Shown: in pieces, positions 7,243 to 13,448 of the stretch
Layout: each line of letters opens with the position of its first letter
Position numbering within the stretch: position 1 is the stretch's first letter
DNA from: a virus
Lineage: Duplodnaviria > Heunggongvirae > Uroviricota > Caudoviricetes
Direction: 5' to 3' (one strand)
Length of the DNA stretch: 23,649 nt
IMG/VR virus record: IMGVR_UViG_3300028859_000015
Made by a program: the position numbers and the translations under genes
Notes under the pieces: model-generated
Databases searched by the model: none
The model's input: only the letters and a program-made list of their open reading frames with translations
Told to the model about the DNA's origin: nothing

Positions 7243-7649
7243 TAGTAGTCCAGAGAAAATGAGACAGTTTGTGAAATAGTTTGGCCAGTAGACTTCATTT
7301 GAAGAACAAGCTCAAATATTCGTGTATTTTGTGAAGTGGCTGCTGTTATTTGCGTAACAGTTACACGTGGCTCCCAGGTTGCAATATCAGATATAATGGC
7401 ATCAGCTACCAAACTCTGTGTTGTATCATTAATTGGTTGAAATATTAAATCCTGAGCTGAACTGCCAAAGGAAGGATTTCCTGGCATACAACCTTTTTTA
7501 GAATTTAATAAAACATAAATAGAATCTGTTATCAAATCTAAATCAGTTTCCATGGCAAAAAAACCAGAAGAACTTTTTCTTGGCGGAAATGCTATACCAG
7601 AAAATGTAGAAGTTGTAGGAGTTGTTGGTGTATTTATTTTATAGCTCAT
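7242..7649 (-). CDS. Baseplate wedge subunit, T4 gp25/GpW-like
   Basis: Motifs GIAFP, LITDSIYVLLNSKKG.MP.NPSFGS, LIFQPI and IATWEPRVTV. Confidence 0.9.
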   Translation of the reverse strand: MSYKINTPTTPTTSTFSGIAFPPRKSSSGFFAMETDLDLITDSIYVLLNSKKGCMPGNPSFGSSAQDLIFQPINDTTQSLVADAIISDIATWEPRVTVTQITAATSQNTRIFELVLQMKSTGQTISQTVSFSLDY

Positions 7650-7663
7650 TTTAAAATTCCTTT

Positions 7664-7672
7664 ATTATATCA
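7664..7672 (-). promoter_or_regulatory. Extended -10 sigma-70/sigma-A type promoter TGnTATAAT
   Basis: Minus strand reads TGATATAAT immediately before AAAGGA and the ATG at 7649. The region is very AT-rich, so a chance match is possible. Confidence 0.4.
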
Positions 7673-7750
7673 GGTAATTAGATTATTTTATTTAGTACAT
7701 TTTCTATATTTAATTAAGTATAGGAAATTATTACTCAACTATTACGAATA

Positions 7751-7759
7751 TCCGATAAT
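7751..7759 (+). promoter_or_regulatory. Sigma-28-like -10 box TCCGATAAT
   Basis: Intergenic, 41 nt upstream of the ATG at 7801 and on the same strand as that gene. No TAAA at the -35 position. Confidence 0.55.
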
Positions 7760-7800
7760 CTTATAGGAAGTAATTATAGGGGTTATAGTAAATTAACTAT

Positions 7801-8625
7801 ATGAAATCATTTAATTCCACTATGTTCATAAAACCAATAAACATAACTGAAATGTCATTAGGTATATCTAATGATTTGTGGAAGTCATTAGAGAATCACA
7901 TAGGAGATAGTGAAGAATGGTTTAATAAATTAATAAAAACATCTAAGTGGTCTTCACAGATTTCCGATGCTACCTTAGAAGCTATTATAAAGAATTATTT
8001 TTTTACTTTACTAGAAAGAAATAATATAAATTTAATAGATTTGAAATGTAATTTCTACAAGACCGACGAAGCTGATAGTATTTATGGTAAATGTTCTTAT
8101 AATTTACTAAATTCTTCTAATAAATTAAAGCATATAAAAGAAATAAAGGCTAAGATAGATATATATATGTTTAGGCTATTAGAAGTTAACTCAAAAGATG
8201 CTATAAAAATATTATACCATGAACTAATTCATTGTGAAGAACTTACCAAAGCCTTAATAAACATAGGCACTGATAAAATGTTTAATACTATTCCACAATT
8301 TGAATGGGTAAGCGCTGACTTAGTAATAAATAAAAAAGAAAATAAAACAGAAGAAGACTATATAAATGATATCTCAGAAATAAATGCTTATGCCGGAGAA
8401 TTAGCCCTACAACTATACTATAAATATAAACTTGAATTTAAAGATAGAACCACTAAAGAACAGGACTATTTTATAAGAACTAAAATAATTCCAAATATAA
8501 AAAATGAATTTTCAAATAGCATACAAGTAAATTATATTAACAAATTAATAAAAAGCAATAAATTTTATATAGCGTTAATTAAACAGCTTTCTATATTAGC
8601 TTCTCATGTGGCAATAAATGAATAA
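7801..8625 (+). CDS. Putative zinc metallopeptidase-like protein (HExxH)
   Basis: ILYHELIHCEE, followed by YINDISEINAYAGE (candidate third-ligand Glu). Confidence 0.6.
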   Translation: MKSFNSTMFIKPINITEMSLGISNDLWKSLENHIGDSEEWFNKLIKTSKWSSQISDATLEAIIKNYFFTLLERNNINLIDLKCNFYKTDEADSIYGKCSYNLLNSSNKLKHIKEIKAKIDIYMFRLLEVNSKDAIKILYHELIHCEELTKALINIGTDKMFNTIPQFEWVSADLVINKKENKTEEDYINDISEINAYAGELALQLYYKYKLEFKDRTTKEQDYFIRTKIIPNIKNEFSNSIQVNYINKLIKSNKFYIALIKQLSILASHVAINE

Positions 8626-8941
8626 CACAGTATATGCCCTATTACATATTCCAACAGCAGAATACGTAACAGTAGACTACAAGACGGCATTATGTGAAGA
8701 CATACCTGCTGCCAATAAGCTACTATCTATAATGGTTTGTGATACCACTTATTATTGGGGACATCCTAGAACAGACTTTAGGATAGGTAAGATATCATTA
8801 AAGGAATACGAAATTCCACCAGATAGCTTAGAATTTGATATTGTGGCTATTCCTAAAAATGTCTTAAATGAGGAATCTTATAATCATATATTAAGCATAG
8901 GCTTTTATTATTGTAGTAAAACTATAGCCAGTATCATATAA
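8618..8941 (+). CDS. Small hypothetical protein, family A (LHIPT subtype)
   Basis: 107 aa. Motifs YALLHIPTAEYV, CEDIPAANKLL and LEFDIV. Confidence 0.75.
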   Translation: MNNTVYALLHIPTAEYVTVDYKTALCEDIPAANKLLSIMVCDTTYYWGHPRTDFRIGKISLKEYEIPPDSLEFDIVAIPKNVLNEESYNHILSIGFYYCSKTIASII

Positions 8942-8942
8942 A

Positions 8943-9176
8943 TTATAGAGGTATTACAGAAATTTTTAAAGCCAGTTTTAAGGGTACATTGATTCTTTTT
9001 TTATTTCCCTGAGAATATATATCTAACACAATACCCCGTTCTTTTATACCCTTAACTCTAACTCTTGCTCCTAGTTCAAGTTCCAAAGAAGTAAGTTCTT
9101 CCTTTGAAAAAGTATCTGTATCTAAAGCTTTAATAATACCTAATGAATTTTTTGGAAGTGCTGAAAGTAATATCAT
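8943..9176 (-). CDS. feoA: FeoA-like SH3-fold protein
   Basis: 77 aa with the pattern LSAL....GIIKAL......LTSLELELGARVRV......I.VPLKLALKISV. It lacks the usual RL.xMG and PLGDP motifs. Confidence 0.6.
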   Translation of the reverse strand: MILLSALPKNSLGIIKALDTDTFSKEELTSLELELGARVRVKGIKERGIVLDIYSQGNKKRINVPLKLALKISVIPL

Positions 9177-9205
9177 ATATTTAATTAGCTTATTTTAGGA
9201 TATTT

Positions 9206-9427
9206 ATGTATCAAATACTTCATATACCAAGTGGATGCTATGTAAAGTATAATGCTTATGAATTATATGATGCTTACAGACCAGGAGTTATCCTAAATAG
9301 CAGCAAAAATAAAACTGCTCCAGTAGTGTGTTCTACGGAGCAGGAGGCTAAGCAAGTAATAACTAATATCTTATTAATACTATCAGAAGCCTTAGATATT
9401 GAATTTGAAATTATTAAATTATATTAG
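9206..9427 (+). CDS. Small hypothetical protein, family A (LHIPSG subtype)
   Basis: 73 aa with AGGA upstream. Motifs YQILHIPSGCYV, CSTEQEAKQVI and IEFEII. Confidence 0.8.
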   Translation: MYQILHIPSGCYVKYNAYELYDAYRPGVILNSSKNKTAPVVCSTEQEAKQVITNILLILSEALDIEFEIIKLY

Positions 9428-10412
9428 ACTCTATAAGATTTCTAATCATGATATAGGTATATCCTTCTATATCGTTTATGGCTTGATTTAAAGCACAATA
9501 ATCAATAACTAAATCAACAAAAGGAAGGACATTAGTTCCTGCTACTGTTATATTAGTAAGTAAATCTATTAATCCTTTTTTAGATTTATCAAATGTCTGT
9601 AAAGCCTTTAAAATATATGTTTTATCATTTAAAAAAGATAAATAGCTATATTCAGGAGAAAAATATGGTTGGATATCAGGCAAAACTGATTTATTAACTA
9701 AATAAACTTCAGAAGACATACACTCTAATAACGCAGAAGCCTTAGAGAAAGCAGAAGTTGTTTTTGGATTTGTTGATAAATTATATACATAATTTGGAAC
9801 ATGTATAGCAGGAGTTAGACCTAGTTTAAGATTTTTTTTAAAACTTAAAAGTTTATTAGTAAAATCTAAAAATTTATAATTAACCAATGGCAAAAGTCTG
9901 GCTTTTAAAGAAGAAAAATAATCCTCTTTATTTTTTTTAATTGCCAATGAATCATCTAGTAAGGCATCTATATTAGATACCGGAGTTTCTGCTCTACATA
10001 TGGCTGAGAGTTCTAATCTATTATAACACATATCATAAGCAACAACAGCTAAACCCCTTCCTAAAGTATAAAATTCAAGTAAACTAGAAGCATTTATAAG
10101 TTCATCTGATAAATCATTCTCAACAAGAGTAAAATAATTGGAAGAAAGTAAATTATAAGTTATGGAATAAGAATTTTCTATAGAATATAGATAATCTTTT
10201 ACTATTTCCTTTGAAAAAGAAAAGGACAGCATTTCTTCATATGAGATATCAGAAAGATTTCTTGCGCCATAAGAAATAGGACCATAGGCAGTAGGGCTGA
10301 AGCTACCTGGACCATAGATGGTGGGTCTGGCACCAAGAGTATTAAGACTATTTGTATAATTTACTACGGTAGAGGTATTTGCGAAGCCATTAGCAAAATA
10401 AGGTGATGACAT
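9414..10412 (-). CDS. Hypothetical protein, possibly virion-associated
   Basis: 332 aa with a GAGGAG SD and a G/P/Y/S-rich N-terminus. Divergent from the baseplate genes. Confidence 0.85.
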   Translation of the reverse strand: MSSPYFANGFANTSTVVNYTNSLNTLGARPTIYGPGSFSPTAYGPISYGARNLSDISYEEMLSFSFSKEIVKDYLYSIENSYSITYNLLSSNYFTLVENDLSDELINASSLLEFYTLGRGLAVVAYDMCYNRLELSAICRAETPVSNIDALLDDSLAIKKNKEDYFSSLKARLLPLVNYKFLDFTNKLLSFKKNLKLGLTPAIHVPNYVYNLSTNPKTTSAFSKASALLECMSSEVYLVNKSVLPDIQPYFSPEYSYLSFLNDKTYILKALQTFDKSKKGLIDLLTNITVAGTNVLPFVDLVIDYCALNQAINDIEGYTYIMIRNLIESNII

Positions 10413-10430
10413 ATTTACTCCTCATTAATA

Positions 10431-10458
10431 ATATCGGCCTAAGTACAATTAAGTTTAG
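10431..10458 (-). promoter_or_regulatory. Consensus sigma-28 (FliA/SigD-type) promoter
   Basis: Minus strand reads C-TAAA-CTTAATTGTACTTAG-GCCGATAT, i.e. TAAA-N15-GCCGATAT, just upstream of the SD and ATG at 10412. Confidence 0.8.
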
Positions 10459-10479
10459 TCCAAGAAGGGTATAATAGAT

Positions 10480-10821
10480 ATGTCATTCATTACAAACTGG
10501 AATGGGGATGTTATACAGACTCCAGTATCTTCTGCTTTATGGAGTAATAAAGGAGGTATATTTACACCGGCTAATAGTTATTCAACTTATTATCCACTAC
10601 CTTCTGCTTATAGAACAGCAATTCCAATTGTTGGAACATATACTATACCACCACAGTTTGAAAATAGAGCAGACTTAATAGCCAACGCAGTGTATGGCTC
10701 AGAAGATTATTGGTGGTTAGTATTTTGGTTTAATGGTATTGTAGATCCATTTTCTACACTTACTGCTGGAACTACTTTATTATTAGCTGATATTACTACA
10801 GTAAATTCCACATTAGGATAA
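10480..10821 (+). CDS. Baseplate wedge protein, T4 gp53/LysM(Tail X)-like
   Basis: RADLIANAVYGSEDYWWLVFWFNGIVDPF..L..GTTL. Lies directly upstream of the gp5-like gene. Confidence 0.85.
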   Translation: MSFITNWNGDVIQTPVSSALWSNKGGIFTPANSYSTYYPLPSAYRTAIPIVGTYTIPPQFENRADLIANAVYGSEDYWWLVFWFNGIVDPFSTLTAGTTLLLADITTVNSTLG

Positions 10822-10824
10822 TAA

Positions 10825-13437
10825 ATGGCTGACAGAGAACAGCAAAAATATATGGAATATCTTTCCAAAGGTATTTCAGGTAATGTTACCAGAGGACTTG
10901 TGGTTGATGTAAATGACCCATTACAGTCTGGAAGAGTGCGTGTATGGATTCCATTACATCATGGTGGTATGGTTAAAAATGACCCAATATCTTTTGATGC
11001 CTCAGTATCTGGTAAAGCGGTATCAAGACTAGGAAATTTAGCAAGTAGTGATTCAATAACATGTCTTCCTTGGGCTCCTGTAATGAGCAATAATTGGGGT
11101 CCAGTAGTAGATTTACAATCAGGTACAGTTGCTTCTGTATTTGGTGTATATAATATACCTAAAATTGGTACTGAGGTATTTTTAATATTCGAAGATGACG
11201 ACCCTAATCATCCTATTGTTCTTGGAGCAGTTTATCATCAATCAGACTTAGTTCCATCACAAAGAAAAACTCCCTTAATAGAAATAACTCCAGGAACTAC
11301 TATAGCTACTACTCCAAATTTAGATTATAGTGGAACAGTATCTCAAAATTATTTAATACAAAGCCAAAATGGGTCCTCACTTTTATTAAGTGACACTGTT
11401 GGACAAGAAGAAATATATGTTGGAGGCTCCATTGGGTTTTTTACTACTGCCGAAACTGGTGATTATAGCACTCAATATCAGACATTTAGTTCCAATTATC
11501 CAAATTTTCCTACTACACAATCTGCTCCATATAGAGTTAGAAACTCTCTTATAAATACTTCAAATCCTCTTATAAATGTAAATTTATTACAGCCAACAAC
11601 TGCTCCAACTACCTCATTAGTAACTTCGCTAGGAACCACTACAACTACCACAGCGAACACTCAAGCTACTACTACCTCAACTACCTCTGGAACCATAACT
11701 AAACAATTACCCTTTGGTCAAAATATATCTCCCCTTTTACCTGGATCTGCCTCTACTGATGGTAAGGCTTTCTACGCAAAAAGAGCAAATGGAGAGGTAC
11801 ATTTAGGAGTAGATATTCGATTTGCTACCTCTGACCATACTACTCCATTACTTGCCCCTATAAATGGAACTGTAGTATTAGCACAATTAAGCTCAAGTGC
11901 TGGAAATTGGATAATATTTTTAGGGGCTGATGGATATTGTCATACTTTTTGCCACCTAAGTGTTATAAGCTGTTCTGTAGGACAATCTTATCAAATAGGA
12001 GCTGTATTAGGACATACTGGAGGTCAGCCTGGAACAGCAGGCGCAGGTAATACAACAGGACCGCATCTACATTGGGAAGTATGGAATCCCTCTGGTGCTA
12101 CTACCAATTCTGCTATAATTAATGTAAGAAATGTAGCAAGAAAACCAAGTAATGTAGCTGGTCAAACTGGATATTACCCAAAATCAAATGGAGTTTTAAT
12201 ATTTGAAGATGGAGTAAAGACATGGCTAGGAAAACAAGTAACAGGTGTTAATACACAAGCCATGTTAGGAGCTACACAAATAGACTCTTATGTTCAGATG
12301 TACAATACAGCTACTGATTATACCCACGATAAGCCTATTGGTTTAGAAGTGTCGTTAAATCCTGGGGCAGAACAAATATTTATAAGGCACTCTTCTGGTG
12401 CGTTTTTAGGGTTTGATCCAGATGGCAATTTTAAACTGTATACGCCAGGATCAGCTGACTTTAAAATAAATAGAAATTTAGTATTTGATGTGCTAGGTGG
12501 TATTTTTAATTCCTGTATGGCCATGTATACTAGAGCAAGAGAGGTAATAAAATTCTTATCTGGAGGAAGAGCAATGGAAACATATCATATTAATGCTTTT
12601 ACAGACTTTCCTACCGATAAAAATAGTTCCAATATCTTATCTAAGTATAATCTACCAAAAATATTTTCCAGAATAGACCTATTCAGAAAAAATGATATGA
12701 ATGATGCTATAACTCAAAGTTCTTCTAATGTATATTATACATTAGCTACTGGATTTTTAGGTAAATCAGCATCAGCTATACAAACAGATGGATATGCGGC
12801 ACAACCTGACCAGGATGCTATTAACCAAATTAACTTTAATTTTTCTTTGGATGATGGTTATATAAATAAGAGCTGGTCAACCTATATTAAAAGCAATAAC
12901 AATCCTATAGCTTCTCATATAACACCTAAGATACTTAAGGCAATGCTTCTTCTTGCTTGTAAAGGAAACCCAAGTCCAGCATCAAATGACGGATTATCTG
13001 GAGTATTTCAATTAGCTTCCATAGCAGCAACCACAATAAAGGGTAATTCAGCTTCCCTAACGTCTTATCTAAGTCCACAAGACAATATAGATTTAGCAGT
13101 ACAATTTATAAACAGTAGAGCTAATGCTATGTATACTTTTTTAGGCACTAAAGTAATATATTCTGATGATTCTAGTGGAGTAATTGGAGGCAAAGAATAT
13201 GCTATGAGAGCTGTCTTAATGGATTATTTGTATTGTATGTATACTAACACAGTTTCTACAGATATAGAATATTTGTATCAAGCAGTAGTAAATGGTGGTG
13301 GCTTTGGTTATCCCGCCCTAGAACAAAATTTTGCTACTTCTGCCTTATTAGCAGATGCCAGCACTTATAAAAATGCCGTAAATTGTTATGGGGCAACTAT
13401 TATAGCAATTACTAATAGTTCGGCTTTTAGTATATAG
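10825..13437 (+). CDS. Baseplate central spike (gp5/VgrG OB-fold) with M23 peptidase and a degenerate lytic-transglycosylase-like domain
   Basis: OB-fold: GLVVDVNDPLQSGRVRVWIP, LPWA, PKIGTEVFLIFEDDDPNHPIVLG. M23: HLGVD, HTFCHL, GPHLHWEV. Spike strands: RHSSGAFLGFDPDGNF. SLT-like: GNP...S.DG.SGVFQL and PQDNI. Confidence 0.9.
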   Translation: MADREQQKYMEYLSKGISGNVTRGLVVDVNDPLQSGRVRVWIPLHHGGMVKNDPISFDASVSGKAVSRLGNLASSDSITCLPWAPVMSNNWGPVVDLQSGTVASVFGVYNIPKIGTEVFLIFEDDDPNHPIVLGAVYHQSDLVPSQRKTPLIEITPGTTIATTPNLDYSGTVSQNYLIQSQNGSSLLLSDTVGQEEIYVGGSIGFFTTAETGDYSTQYQTFSSNYPNFPTTQSAPYRVRNSLINTSNPLINVNLLQPTTAPTTSLVTSLGTTTTTTANTQATTTSTTSGTITKQLPFGQNISPLLPGSASTDGKAFYAKRANGEVHLGVDIRFATSDHTTPLLAPINGTVVLAQLSSSAGNWIIFLGADGYCHTFCHLSVISCSVGQSYQIGAVLGHTGGQPGTAGAGNTTGPHLHWEVWNPSGATTNSAIINVRNVARKPSNVAGQTGYYPKSNGVLIFEDGVKTWLGKQVTGVNTQAMLGATQIDSYVQMYNTATDYTHDKPIGLEVSLNPGAEQIFIRHSSGAFLGFDPDGNFKLYTPGSADFKINRNLVFDVLGGIFNSCMAMYTRAREVIKFLSGGRAMETYHINAFTDFPTDKNSSNILSKYNLPKIFSRIDLFRKNDMNDAITQSSSNVYYTLATGFLGKSASAIQTDGYAAQPDQDAINQINFNFSLDDGYINKSWSTYIKSNNNPIASHITPKILKAMLLLACKGNPSPASNDGLSGVFQLASIAATTIKGNSASLTSYLSPQDNIDLAVQFINSRANAMYTFLGTKVIYSDDSSGVIGGKEYAMRAVLMDYLYCMYTNTVSTDIEYLYQAVVNGGGFGYPALEQNFATSALLADASTYKNAVNCYGATIIAITNSSAFSI

Positions 13438-13448
13438 GAATTAAGTAT

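Noticed and set aside
10470-10475. TATAAT upstream of the gp53-like gene
   Set aside because: It is only 4 nt from the ATG, so transcription would start inside the start codon. There is no -35 element, and the context is AT-rich.
11593-11700. ACN-rich repetitive-looking stretch
   Set aside because: It is explained by the Thr-rich protein linker. There is no fixed repeat unit and no evidence of a VNTR or diversity-generating target.
7242-13437. Bacterial T6SS/eCIS locus (gp25 + LysM + VgrG)
   Set aside because: The surrounding gp46/47-like pair, RusA, dUTPase, Hsp20 and dense small unknown ORFs indicate a phage genome.
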